64,000 nt of DNA from Rhodosorus marinus CCMP1338 (taxonomy: Eukaryota > Plantae > Rhodophyta), in contig JAMWBK010000003.1 in the NCBI GenBank assembly GCA_029953675.1, positions 3,286,001 through 3,350,000 on the forward strand. Reading direction: 5' to 3'. Within the stretch, counting starts at the first letter, position 1. Every line of letters begins with the position of its first letter. Positions 44,340-57,000 of this stretch are shown in pieces. The translations under genes were made by a program, and so were the position numbers. The notes under the pieces were generated by a model, which was not told the DNA's origin, did no database searches, and was given only the letters and a program-made list of their open reading frames with translations.

Positions 44340-47300
44340 ATGCTTGCTTTTCGGGGCCGTCGGGCGGCGCTGGTCTTGCTCCCGCTGCTTGTGGCGGCGA
44401 GTTACTCTTCTTCTCTGAAGATGGAGGTCTTCTCGAGGGAGAATTACAAGTACAGCTGTTTAGACAGTTTATCCAGTACGGACATTGCCATGCTTGGTGA
44501 GGATGGCGAGGTCTGTGTGGACCTCTCGACAAAATCGGGCGACCGCCGTCGGCATCCTGACCTTCCAGAAGTACTGGCACGTGCCTGTGCAAGCTTGAAC
44601 GAAGACAGGGACCGACTGCAGGTCCAGTTCAAAATTCTTGATGGGTTTGCGGGTGATTTTGCGCTCAAAAGGACTCAGGGAGGAGCGTATGGGTGGTTGG
44701 GACAGATTCCACGCGCCGCCTTCCAAGCGTATAGAACGACTACCTGGCATACGGGCGATACGACAGAAACCACCATGAGTTTGGACTTGACGATCGTCCA
44801 CCGCGAGTGCTGCTCCAAGGGAATCTTGCTAACCTTGAGAGCGATGGTTTATCCGACATCGTCTCCGGGATCCCGCCTTCTCCTCTACCCGGCTGAAGAT
44901 GACAGCCGGATTTGCCGGAGAAACTATCAGAGCCGTGTGATGACGTGCAAAGTGCCTGTCTCTTGCGAAGAAGATTCGTGCCCGGTTCGCGACACTGGTG
45001 CAACAACCTGCGATCGAACCGAGTGCCCGGATACGACTTCTACCGAAGGACCGGTTGATTGTGAGATCGTCGAAGAGGACGTAGGTTCAGAGTGTAGTTT
45101 CTATGGAGACGCAGGAGTAGGTTTCCCAAAATCGGTGCAATAGCTCGCTGAGCTTTCCGAATACTCACTCTGTATTGCACTCTATTTCTAGACATGGCAA
45201 TTGGGTACGATCGGAAACCAATGTGTCTGTGAGCTCAACGAAACCCCGGTGCCCTGTAATATCCCCACCGAGGAGGACGAGATCTTTCCAGGCGATCGCT
45301 GCTTCTCTAGGTCGGCCGTGAATGCTGTAGCCATTCGTACTTCCACTAACGGTGATTGCACGTGCTCCGACAACCCTGACGCGGTCATTTGTCCCGGCGA
45401 GCAGGTGTCTGGAACCGAGTGCCTGGGCCGATTCGGAGCACCCGGGGTAGGCGATTTGTTCATGAAGCTCTTGGGAAGATCTTCTAAACCTAGGAGTGCT
45501 CACCTGTTGCTTACTCACGTTTTGTCTAAAAACAACCAAGGTGCTGGTGAACCTCGGCGATGGTCCTCGGGGTAGGAAGGAGGTAAGTCACGGCACAAGG
45601 ACAAACTATCGAAGAGGAAAAGAACACAGCAGCTCATAGTCGGGTCGTGAACCTCCGCAACGGATTGCGAAACAGTGCGTCTGCGCGGTGCCCTGTGAAT
45701 ATGCTACAAACCCCGTATCGAACCCGAGTGCAATTGCCGTGGGTCACGATGGACAGGGGTGCATTCCAGAGCTAGCTGGTTCCGATGTGACACCTCCAGG
45801 GGTAGGCTAATAACTCGCGTCTAAAGAGGTGTTGGAAGCCAAATCGACGAACCTGTGTTTCTAAAACAGCTGCTTCTTGATGAACTCTTCTGCTTCTCAC
45901 CTAGGTACTCCGTCAATCGGAACTGGAACTGGGAACCTGCTCCTGCCAGCCATTGCGGAGCGCACTCTTCGACGAGTGCGATATTCCTAATGAAACAGAT
46001 TCTTCGGGGGAACCTCTTGGCATACCCGCCGTTCCCTATAGTGCCTGTATCCTCCTTGGTAACATCCGCGGGGTGAGTATCTAAGGGGCACAAGCCAAAC
46101 GGACAAAATGAAAGGCGATCAGGCACCGGGGGTTAACCATTGTCGTTTTACGCTTGTATTTCTAGGTCTCTATTCCGACGGACGCGGATCCGGATGTTTG
46201 TGACTGTGTACCGAAAGAGGCTTGTCAGTGTGTCCCTGGTGAGACGTGCGAGTATACCGGTATGTTTCCGGGGGATTCGTGTGAGACCGAGTTTGGCACT
46301 GGGGTAGGGCGCGAAAGCTATGTAAATTGGAGCCGACTTTCCCGTTTCAATTGGGAGTTCTTACCATTTCACATCTCTGCCATAGCTCGTAGCACAGAGA
46401 TCGGACAGTATTGGGTGCAATTGCAGAATTAATTGTACCCTTTCGCCTTGTGACGGCGACCCCGAAGACTGCGAAGACTACACCTTCGGCACATGTGATT
46501 TGGAGGATGGCGAGAGAGGGGTAGGCAGTGAACCCGCTCGGAGACCTTGCCCATAAACGTGCTTCTCACTGAATACTTTTTTTCTTATTACCCCTGGAGT
46601 TAGATCGTAGTACCAACTTCAGTGCCTGGCACATGTACGTGTGAGCGTTGTGATCCGGGCAAGTGTGCGCACCCTGACGCTGGATGCATTGTCGAAGGAA
46701 AGTCGTGCAGTAATCTTAACGGGCTAATGGACGTAAGTTCAATATCTAGAAGTAGAATCGCTTGGCTAGCCGGAGAAGCTCACGTACGCATGCGATCTTT
46801 TTCTGCGCCATTTCAAAACCTTTACAAAGGTCTTCTTCACCGACGACACGACGAAATGTAACTGTGGTTGTGATTTAAGTATCCCAGACCAAGCCGGTAG
46901 GTCCGCAAGTTTAGGAGGCGTTTGTCTTCAAGGTTTAGCCCGTGGCGTGGTATGTGGGAAATATCGAATTGAACGTGCCGTCGAGATGGATCCAGGTGTC
47001 GTGCTTACATATCTCGCGCTCTCTGTCCACACGCGCAACACAGGTCGTGACTGGAAACGAGGAGGGCGAGTGTGGTTGCCAAGTGCAAAACTGCACTTCT
47101 TCAAGCTGTGAAGGCCCCGATTGTGAAACGTTCGATGGCGTCCTAGGAGAGTCATGCGACTCGGACACTGGCGTGAGTCTAGAATCTTCAAGTCAAGATA
47201 TGCGATATCGGAACTCACCGTCCCCTTTGACTCTTGTCCTGTTCCTTCCCTCGAGTGCAGATCGTCGAGATTCTCCAAGACGGCAGTTGCAAATGCCAAC

Positions 47301-47912
47301 CGATTTGTCAGACTGTCAACTGCGGCGACGGACCGGAAATCTGCACTGATCCAGACGGGACACCAAAAGTTGGAGATGTGTGCGTCCTTGAATTCGGTAG
47401 TCTTGGGGTTAGTAAATTTCTGGATGAGCGGACAAAAATTCTTGAGGAATGTGACCCCCCAACTTTTCTCCACGGACTGTCCTTCCAGGTTCTAGAAGCC
47501 TCTTCAGATGTCGCTGGTGAATGTGACTGCGTTGCTCCAACCTGCGTTTACACGTATCAAATAAGGATTGGCCGTAACAGTATTGGGACAGGTTTTGGTA
47601 ATCCCGGCGACGCATGTACTACAAGTGAGGCCCCCGGGGTAGGGAGGAAATTCGCCAAGGTCAAAACTCGTCAGCCTTTCGAAATGTCCTCACCTGCATC
47701 GTACGATTCTTGCCGACCAGGTGGTCAGCGACGAATGCGAGTGCGAGCCGTTGTGCGATGTGGAATGCATTCCAGTAGGTTGTCAGACGAATACCGGTCG
47801 ATGCACAGAGGAAATACCCCCAGTAATTGTCAATGGACAATGTTTGACGAGCTCGGAAGTAGCTGGGGTAAGTGGATGTGTTGTATATGACGATGGGCGA
47901 GGCGGAGTATAA
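44340..47912 (+). CDS. Large secreted Cys-rich repeat protein, about 10 or more exons; N-terminal domain related to that of the RTX-repeat protein
   Basis: Signal-like MLAFRGRRAALVLLPLLVAA; repeated G-x-C-x-C-x3-C modules (GNQCVCEL, GDCTCSD, GTCSCQP, GECGCQV, GSCKCQP, GECDCVA, DECECEP); recurrent GGG|GTAGG donors; stop TAA 47910-47912. Confidence 0.75.
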
Positions 47913-48009
47913 TAGTTCTACCAAATTATTGCTTTCGACCACAGTGCTCTTTTGCTACACACATTGAGAAATTAGGTTTTCTCCGGCTCACGCTCTCGTA
48001 TGTCCGATT

Positions 48010-48990
48010 CATTTGTGCTTTAGACCTACCAGCTTGTATCAGGATCCGGCCAATTCTGCGAGTGCGTTGCATCGCGCTAGTATCCGGAAGACCCACTGCG
48101 AGGATGACGGCGGACGATGGCGCGAGAGTCCAGCACCTCAGAAGGTACAGAGGTAACGATAACGATAAATGTGGCCCCTGTGTTCTACGAAGAAACTGTA
48201 CTAGTTGTTTAGCAATGCGCCGATCGATGCGATCGAACACATTGCGAGGTCCACTCGATAAGCGTGGTCGATTATGGTTCGTCACAGTAACAGTAAAGAA
48301 AAACGGCGCTGGCGCGCTAGCTCTGGGGAAACATCGTTAGCTGTCCACTTTGACTCCGTCTGGAATGCTCTAGAAGCCCACGGGACATAGTAGGTGGCCG
48401 CCGAATACAGGTTACGGGACACAACCGAGGCCGGTTACACCGACTAACCGCACAGCGGTTTAGGGATACAAGCACTCAACAAAAAACCGCGGACGCCCGA
48501 AATAGGCCCTCAAAAGCTCACGCAAAAGGTCGCCTTTTAAGGCTCGTTTTCACCGGTTTCTATCAGAATGGCCTGAAGCGCTACGCAAGGCGTGAAAAAG
48601 GAACTACGACCTAGGGAGGGAAGCGGGCAAACCCAGTCGCCGATGGCGCGCCTCGGCAAGCATGCTGCTAGAATATCGCCACAGGCACAAGTCGACACCA
48701 ATACGTCGTAAGAGTTCGAAGTATTCGGTAGGATGCTCCGCAAAACGTTTCCGCACCCACTCCAAACTCGACTTCTCCACGTGACCAAAGCTCTCCACAA
48801 TGGAGGGCTGGAACCTGTGGGAGCAACCCTCAGCGCATGACAGACTGGTTTTTGAACGAATGAATTGTTTAATCGGAGACTGAAAGAAAAAACGCCGAGG
48901 GGAAAAAAGAAGACTAAGCGCCGCGAAGGTCGCGCGCCTCCAATAGTAACGTGGCGTTCGTGCGCCACATCAAGAAACTCAATCGCGTAA
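48010..48990 (-). mobile_element. Short degenerate fragments: family A-like RT (48010-48340), family C-like 3' end (48560-48830), family D 3' end (48850-48990)
   Basis: FDRIDRRIAKQLV; ESFGHVEKS..RHRRLGLPASLP; family D 3' UTR. Confidence 0.72.
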
Positions 48991-48994
48991 ACAA

Positions 48995-50357
48995 ACAGTA
49001 TCGAGGGCCCGACCGGAACCGCTCCAACAAGATCCTCTCAAGGCGCTGAATCCGTAGCCAATGGATCGCTGCCGCCTTCACGCTGCTCTCATGCTCAGAG
49101 AGCCCTGCCGTTTCTCCCGGAGACAGGAACGGTCAAAATCGAAGTGCAAAACCACCTGCGGGTTGCAGCGCAGCCACCGGGCGCTCTCAGGCCACTGCTC
49201 GGTAGGCTTCGCCAGCAAGGCCTCCAGGTACTTGGCGGCGGTTGCGGAGGCCAAAAACAGCACATCGTTACCCTCATAGTTTGCGAAGAAGAAATCACCC
49301 CGGCTGCACCCTAACGATTCCGCAAAAGTGTCCCGGAAGTCTCGCATAGACGGAACCTGTCCTCGTGTAGTCTGGGGCCGGACATTTCGCACCCACAGAA
49401 ATTGGAGAGTGGTCTCCACAGGTCCATCCTGAGGCTCGCGAGATGGTAGGAAACGAAGCATAGCCGCCGTACGTGTGGCAGTGGTGCCCTTCCGCAAGAC
49501 TGATGCGTACGAAGCGCCCCCCTTGCGGCCACCACGTGCCCCCGCAGTAGCCGAGAGCTGGTGACCACCTGAGGGCTGGTCCAAGAGAGGGAAGTCCACA
49601 GCTGCAGTCTCCTCCACATCGGTTGCCGCACAGTCACCACCACCATTGCCTCGAGTCCCCGAGCGCTGAAGCGCGTTTTGGCCCGGCCTGCCGCTCCCCA
49701 ACGTCGTACTGTCCCGTGCAGAAGCAACCGCACTCGCCTGTCCCGGGACAGGTTCATGTTGATTGACCTGATGTTGACTGCCTTCAGCCAACGTTGCCAC
49801 TCTGGGGCAATTCAAATTCTCGTCCGAATTTGAATTTGACCTGGCCAGCAATCCCGATTCCAGCCCACCTAGCTTCTGGGTGAGCTGAGGTAGCACTCCA
49901 CGATCACTCGCAGCCGTGATCAGGCTGGTGACAGCGGAGATAAGTGCACGCGCCTGGGTGCCAGAAGCGCCTTCCAAGTCAACCTCGGAAGAAAAGGTGC
50001 CGCAGCTGAGGCGAACACGGAGTCCCCCACCTGGCAGTGCCTCCTTGGGAGGAGGCTCCGTCGAGCGCGGAGATATCCCTACCATCCTGAGGGAATGCGC
50101 AAAGTAAACGTTGCACCACCAATATGAAACCGCACCGAGAGAATAATCGACCAAACCCAACCCAAATAGGAAAGGCCCCGCACAACACACCCACCCGGAA
50201 GACAGAAGTAGTTGCAAATGCAAACGACGCCCCGCGGCAAATCGAGGGGAAGGCGTACCAGAGGAAGCGCTTCCCGTAAACGAACACGCTCGCGACCGAA
50301 AAAGAAACAAAACCCCAATCCTCGACAACAACTCACAGCTGACTTGGACCGTTTCTG
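48995..50357 (-). mobile_element. Family C 5' end and most of ORF1 (first ATG 50085); small deletion near 49130
   Basis: 49000-49670 nearly identical to 36945-37619; extends it 5' by about 690 bp. Confidence 0.85.
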
Positions 50358-50870
50358 CTACGCAAGGCGTGAAGATGAACTAATAACTAGGGAGGGAAGC
50401 ATGCAACTCCAGGCGCCGATGGCGCGCCTCGGAAAGCATGTCGCTGGAATATCGCCAAAGGGAGACACTTAAACGACTCAAGAGCGCCAAATATTCAGTA
50501 GGATGCTCAGCAAAACATTTCCGCAACCACTCTAAACCCGACTTATCCACGTGACCAAAGCTTTCCACAATGAATGGCTGGAACCGGTGAGAGCGACCCT
50601 CAGCGCAAGGCAGACTGGCCATGCTCTCAGCATACCGTCGTTCCTTAGCTCTTCGAAGGGCTGAAGCCGCGGCCCCCCGGCGGCGGGCGGCTGCGGTGAA
50701 GTGGGCGCTGGCCACGGGGCAGGTAATCGCAAGGTCCACATATGTTGAGCGTCTGGCAGCAGCGTCGGAGACGAGGAGATCGGCTATACAACGGGGCGGT
50801 GCAGAGTCCGAGATTGATCTGGGCAGTTCCGACTCAACCTCAACCGTATGCCCTATCCGAGTCAAAAATG
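50358..50870 (-). mobile_element. Family C 3' fragment in head-to-tail tandem with the copy at 48995-50357
   Basis: ORF 50380..50865 near-identical to family C RLE region. Confidence 0.9.
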
Positions 50871-50879
50871 TCTCTAGCT

Positions 50880-52959
50880 ACGATAAAAAAGAAAAATAAG
50901 GGATCAGTGGCTGGTCCGACTGATTCACGCGCAAAGCCCTAACGCGAGCTCTGCGTTACCTGCCCAAAGTGTTCTGTTTAGTTGAGCCCGCACGTTGCTC
51001 AACTCGTACACGGAATCAGTTTGTCATCTGGATGCTCTGTCACCATCGCCTCCTTATAGTGTGCAAGTTTCCAACGCTCCGCCTGTTTTGCTGCATAACC
51101 ATTGTTGTCTTTGCTGTTGGGTAGGTGTCTCGCCTGTAGGGGTGACATCACCGTCACATCGATCGCAAATTGTTGCCATGTTCTAGGGTGTATAGCTACC
51201 AAATCAGGTTGTAGATTCGAGTTCGTGAAGTAGCCTGTAGGTTCTTGCTGAACATCTCTGAACTGCCATCTGTTAAGCCAACGCGCCAGCTCAGTGCAGA
51301 GCTCACACCAGACTAACGTAACCTCCGCCAACTCGTCTGGTAAGTCAGCTGCCGCAGGTTCTGGGAAGAGTCCTCAGAGTTGGCTCCAGGTAGCCTCGGC
51401 GAAGGGAGCCATTTCCGTTCCCTGTAGTCGACGAGCAGCATCCGAGAGGCGAACGAGATGTCCCAGTTTCAGGGCTTGTTTCTGGCGTCCTAAAGCTTGG
51501 CGGCGAGTCGCTTCGGTTCCCGGTGGAGCAGTACTCTGCTGCAGTGGGGACGTCCTGTCTTCAAGCGCGGTCCAGACCGTATGGAATTCTCGCTCGAGCA
51601 CATGTGTGACCTGAAGACCAATGTCACGAGTACAACGTCCTAGCACTAGGCCTGGAAGTCCGACAAGAAGCAGAGTGGCGTTGGCAGATGCAGCGGTGTC
51701 CATGGAGATCTCAAGAGCTGCACGAAGAAGGCGGCTCCAGGTATTGACGAGGGCACAAAGCGCCGTGTGGGTACCGGCAGTGTGTTAGGCACGTCCAATG
51801 CCTGCCTCCTGTCGTAACTTGGTCAACGAAGTCGGTCCACCGTTTGATCCAGGCTTGACGCTCCGAGAAGAACAGAGGCTCGTCGCGTCTTCGTTTGATT
51901 CCCCTTTGTCGGCTGGGCATTATTGCGTGGGTGGTGTCAGTGTGGTCGGCCTGTGGTCCAGTGTTGCCCTGTGGAGCCTCTACGGCTGCCGGAGTCATCT
52001 CGGTATCCTGGCCTGTGCCATCAGTGGATACTCGCGACCGCTTGTGTTGAGGAGGCTCGGGAAGGTTGCAGAGGAGCTTTGCGTGAGGGTTATCCTCGGG
52101 TGCAGCTTCTTCAGGTACTTGGGAAGTCGCTAAGGGATTACCCGGAGCGTCGACTGTCCCACGGGCTGCCTGTGCGTCTCACGTGAGGGACGAGGCTTCA
52201 GGGTCTGCGTTCGTGGCGGCTGCAGGTGCTGGGGGTTCCTCGCTCTCCCCGGGTACCGTTGGAGTACGTTGTGTGGCTTGTAGGGCTCCGAGTCTGCTCT
52301 CCAGGTACTCGTGTATCGCTGCGAGAGTGTTGAACGAGAGTTGCCTTCTGCGAAGCCTCGCGCGGATCCGGATAGTCTGTTCAATGTCCCTTTTCAGGGT
52401 CTGGGCCCCGACGTTCGCTGGGGCAATGAGCTGACGTTCATTATAGCCCAACAGGTTGTCTGTATCCAGTGCCTGGCCCGTGTAGAGAGTCACTTGCCGA
52501 TCGGGGTGTCTCTTGGTGAACGATCCGAAGATCCCCGTCCTGAAAACGCCCCGAGAGATGGCGCTTTGTAGAATCGGAATCGCGTCCGGATGGCAAAGTC
52601 CAGTCCAGAGTAAGCACGCATTGGAAACGATGAAGTCCACGTGCGCCACATAAGAGCTCGGAATCCCCAAGGCTTTGCAAAGAACCGTGGTGAAGTCCGA
52701 TGGGGCTACCTCGTCCAACCGTGGCGATCTTACGTTCCTCAGGGTCACCAGTACCGGCGTGGTCTCAGGTCCCCAGGAGGACCCTCCCTCTGTGGCGTGC
52801 AGCTGCCGCAGCGCTGCCTGCTGGCTCTGTGGGCCTGGGCGTCCTGCTGGTCGGATTTGAGCCTCTGATTCTCGAGCTGGAGTATTTTGGACAGTGCGCT
52901 TAGCGTACGTTGGCCGTGTGCTGCTGGTCCCGGCAACAGGGAAGGCCGTGGCATAGTCC
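50880..52959 (-). mobile_element. Family A fragments: ORF1 and start of ORF2 with deletions (51324-52959), telomere-like unit (51308-51323), then 5'-truncated RLE fragment (50880-51307)
   Basis: LRNVRSPRLDEVAPSDF, MPSRQRGIKRRRDEPLFF, LQPDLVAIHPRTWQQFAIDVTVMSP; CCAGACTAACGTAACC at the junction. Confidence 0.87.
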
Positions 52960-53178
52960 TGTTAGAACTTGCCCTGACAGCTGTGTAAACTATGTAAGAC
53001 ACTCCCTACTTTAGTGTAAGATCCCTACTTTAGTGTAAGACGCTAGTGTGCTAGTATTTCTACTTTACTGTCTGGCACGTCTTAGTTTACAGATACCAAG
53101 ACTATATAAGACCTAGCATTGCTAGATCTTGAGACCTAGAATGGAGTAAAGGACAAGTTGGTTAGAAGAGTTCTAACA
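52960..53178 (+). repeat. 5' LTR, 219 bp
   Basis: TG..CA ends with 10-bp terminal inverted repeat; TATATAA at 53103; internal 18-bp duplication CCCTACTTTAGTGTAAGA. Confidence 0.92.
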
Positions 53179-53267
53179 GTGGTCTCATCGCTCAAAGGTT
53201 TAAGAGGATACGAACGGAGGGAGGGGCGATCTAGCGGAAGCAGGAGGACTCGAGTAGCCAACTTCAA

Positions 53268-53960
53268 ATGACTACGTTTACCATACCCCCGCCCGAGGCT
53301 TACGACGGCAAGCGGGATTTCGTCAAAATTCAGACGTTCGTAGCCTCACTGCGTGGCTACCTGAACTTCCATCACGCAGCAGACTCCGGCCGCCAGTCAG
53401 TCCAGTACGCGGGGCTGTTTTTGAGAGCCCAGGCCCAGGTCTGGTACCAGGGTCTTCGACAAGCGGCGGATGGCATCCCGGAGGCACTGGACTCCCTCGA
53501 AGACTTCGAACAGGCCCTGCGAGGACAGTTCGAGCCTCACGACCATATCGAGCGAGTCCGGGCCAAACTGCGCAGCGCTCGACAACGCGGCCCTGATGTC
53601 ACCCGTTACGTCGACTATCTGGATGAACTTTTCATGCAATTGGGCGAGTTCATCAGCGACTCTGAAAAGCTGGAGCGCTTTAAGGCGGGCTTGACTGGTC
53701 GTGAGCGAGACTTCGTCTATTATGGTCGACCCAAGACCTATGAAGAAGCGAAAGCCATCGCATTGAGCCTGGCGGGTGCCCACGAGATGCCGAAGGAAGC
53801 GACGAAGGGATCCTCGGATCCACCAAGAAGCAAACCCCGCACAACGTCACCGCGCCGGCCCCACACGCGCAGCATGGGGTCACCGCCAACCTGCTACCAG
53901 TGTCAAGAGGTAGGACACTTTAAACAAGACTGCCCCCGGCGACTGGCGTATTTGCAGTGA
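53268..53960 (+). CDS. gag: Gag (retrotransposon capsid plus CCHC zinc knuckle)
   Basis: PEAYDG, AQVWY, LRSARQ..VTRY, RFKAGL, CYQCQEVGHFKQDC. Confidence 0.9.
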   Translation: MTTFTIPPPEAYDGKRDFVKIQTFVASLRGYLNFHHAADSGRQSVQYAGLFLRAQAQVWYQGLRQAADGIPEALDSLEDFEQALRGQFEPHDHIERVRAKLRSARQRGPDVTRYVDYLDELFMQLGEFISDSEKLERFKAGLTGRERDFVYYGRPKTYEEAKAIALSLAGAHEMPKEATKGSSDPPRSKPRTTSPRRPHTRSMGSPPTCYQCQEVGHFKQDCPRRLAYLQ

Positions 53961-54014
53961 GGTGACACGCTTATCGAGCCTACAGCAGGAAAACTAACGG
54001 ACTCCGGACGAGGG

Positions 54015-57000
54015 ATGCCGTCCGAGAGTCCAACGACCAGCATCCCAACCGTTGGGTTACAGCAACGGGGTAATGCAGGCCTAACTGCAATAGGCGTGGT
54101 AGCGGCGGAACCGGTGGAATGTCTCATCGACACCGGTGCGGTGACGGCAATTAGAGAGGACGTTGCGAAAGCCGCCAACCTACCGAGGTACGACGAGCCA
54201 CGGACATACGGGTTGGCTGTCGGTGAGGAGACCGTGATCAGCCCCGGAGTGACGGAGACAACGATCACACTCCAGGGACGACAATTCAAGACGAAGCTAC
54301 GAATATTCAAGCATCTAAGCCACGATGTATACTTAGGTCTCGATTTCTTGAGGCAACATCGAATAACTGTCGATTGTAGCGCGGAACCCCCACAGCTGGT
54401 ACTGGGAGCGGAAGACACCAGCATGCGGGGAATAACAAGTATGGAGACGGAGGAAGAAATAGGGGAGAGGTCTGGCGCGGTCATCCGGGAAGGGAAAGGC
54501 CTAGAGAAAGGCGGAAAGGACCAGGTTGCTGACCCAGGAGAGAAGTTTGGTGCCGTCATCCGGAAAGAGTTTCCCCAAGTTTTCCAAGATACACTGCCGT
54601 TGCCACCGAAGAACCGGCAATTATATGCACTCAAAATCGAATTGGAACCATGGGCGAGTACACCAGCTCAACGCGCATATTCGATGTCACGGGTCGACCG
54701 AGAGCGGCTACAAGGAGAGTTGCACGACTTGGAAGAGCAAGGATTTATCTCACGGAGCAGAAGTCCGTATGCTGCACCTGTGTTGTACGTGGACAAAAAG
54801 GACGGTGGGCGACGCCTCTGCATCGACTATCGCCGGTTGAACCAGATCACCGTGCGAGAAAGAACGACCCCGCCTAGAGTGGAGGAACTATTGGATACCC
54901 TGAGCACGCGCGGGTTTTCACAACGTTAGACCTCCGCTCGGGATATTGGCAGTTGCCAATTGAACAGGCATCACGCGAGAAGACGGCCTTTGTCACGTGC
55001 TTCGGACAATACCAGTGGAATGTCATGCCGTTTGGGTTGAAGAATGCGCCCTCGGCATTCATCCGCTACTTGACGGATGTATTATATGATCTTCTCAACC
55101 AGTGCGTGGTGTTATACGTTGACGACATTCTGGTATATTCCCCAGATGACACACAACACCAGGCCGATGTTCGAAAGGTGCTACGACGCCTCGAGCAGCA
55201 TCAGCTGATCGTCAAATATTCGAAGTGCGGTTTTGGATTACGCCAAGTTTGCTACCTAGGCCAAATCTTGGCGGGAGGCACTCGACGTCCCGATCCGGAA
55301 AAGGTCAAAGCAGTTCAGAATTGGAAGACGCCAACGACGGTTAAGGAGCTACGGGCCTTCATGGGTTTCGCGAACTTCTTGCGCCCCTTTGTACCACACT
55401 TTGCCCAGGTGGCGGCGCCCCTCCACAGGCTAACGAAGAAAGACCAAAAGTGGGGTTGGCAAGCGAACGAACAACAAGCCTTTGATGGGTTAAAGTCCGC
55501 CATATCAGCAACCACCATGCTGTACATGGTTGATCCGATCCTCCCCTTCATCGTGCAGACGGACGCAAGCGACACCGGGGTGGGTGCTGTCCTATTCCAG
55601 ACCCGCCAGGATCGGGAGGTGCCCGTGGCGTATATGTCCCGATCCTTCAATAGCACCGAGAAACGCTACAGTACGTACGAGAAAGAACTCTACGCTATCG
55701 TCCTGGCCATCCGCGGGTGGTCCGTGTATCTTGATGGGCAACAGTTCACTGTGCGTACGGACCATAACCCGCTACGCTTCTTGCAAACACAGACGACATT
55801 AACTCGTCGGCAGGCGCGGTACGTGAACATATTACTACCCTACTCCTTTGAGGTTCAATGCGTACGCGGCAAGATAAACGTCGCGGATGCACTGAGTCGC
55901 GACGCACTACGAGCCAACCGCGTCACGATGGAAGCCGATTGGACTCCAGAGTACCAAGCTGATCCAGAATTCTGCACGCAATTTCGCAGCCCGGACCAGT
56001 TTGAGGGTTTCCAACGAAAAAAGGGTCTATTATTCCTCCATGCACGACTTTGCGTACCCGAACGCCGTGTTAATGAGGTCATCGATGGGCACCACCAGTC
56101 CCTAACGTCAGGCCATTTTGGCGCACAAGCTACTTACCGTGTGGTGCGACGACGCTATTACTGGCCCAGCATGAGGAAGGACATCTTCACGCGCGTCCAG
56201 CAATGCTCGGTTTGTGCACGAGAACAACCGCTGCGTCGGCATCAAGGGGAACTACAACCCCTCCCGATACCGGAACAGCGGGCCTCTGATTGGTCGGTGG
56301 ATTTCATCACTGCATTTCCCAACGTCGAGGGCTATGATGCCATTCTGGTGGTCGTTGACCGGCTTACGAAGTATGCCGTGTTCATCCCCACAACGAAGAC
56401 GGTGACTGCAGAAGAGGTGGCAGCGCTAATCGTGAAGAATATTATCACGTGGTTCGGACTACCACGAAGCTTCGTCACTGATCGTGATAAGGTCTTTACC
56501 GCCACATTCTGGCGCCACCTAATGCGAATAATGGGGATTGACCACCTACTTTCGACGGCATATCACCCTGAAACGGATGGGCAAACAGAACGCGTCAATC
56601 AGACCCTCCAGATCATGCTGAGATGCTGTTGTACGAGCCACACTTGGGTACAGAGTTTACCCCTGCTTCAACTGGCGTATAATAATCATACTTCAGCGAG
56701 TACCGGGTATTCACCATATTTCTTGTTAACAGGAGGGCACCCGCGGCTCAATTTGGACACCTCAACCCCTACTACTACGATTCATAATCTGGCCGATGCT
56801 GTTACTGCCTTTTCGCAACGTCAAGAACGAATCCTCGCTGACGCACGGAAATCTATGGCCCTGGCGCAAAAGTTATACACGGAACAAGCAAATTCACGAC
56901 GTCATGCCAAAATCTTCAATATCGGAGACAACGTTTATTTGTCAACGCGGAATCTCTCACTGGAGGGCCCAACCCGCTTCCAACCTCGATGGTTGGGCCC

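Noticed and set aside
53919-53925. TTTAAAC slippery heptamer in gag
   Set aside because: It is out of phase with the gag reading frame (gag reads TTT AAA CAA), and the frame in which it would work is closed by TAG at 53911.
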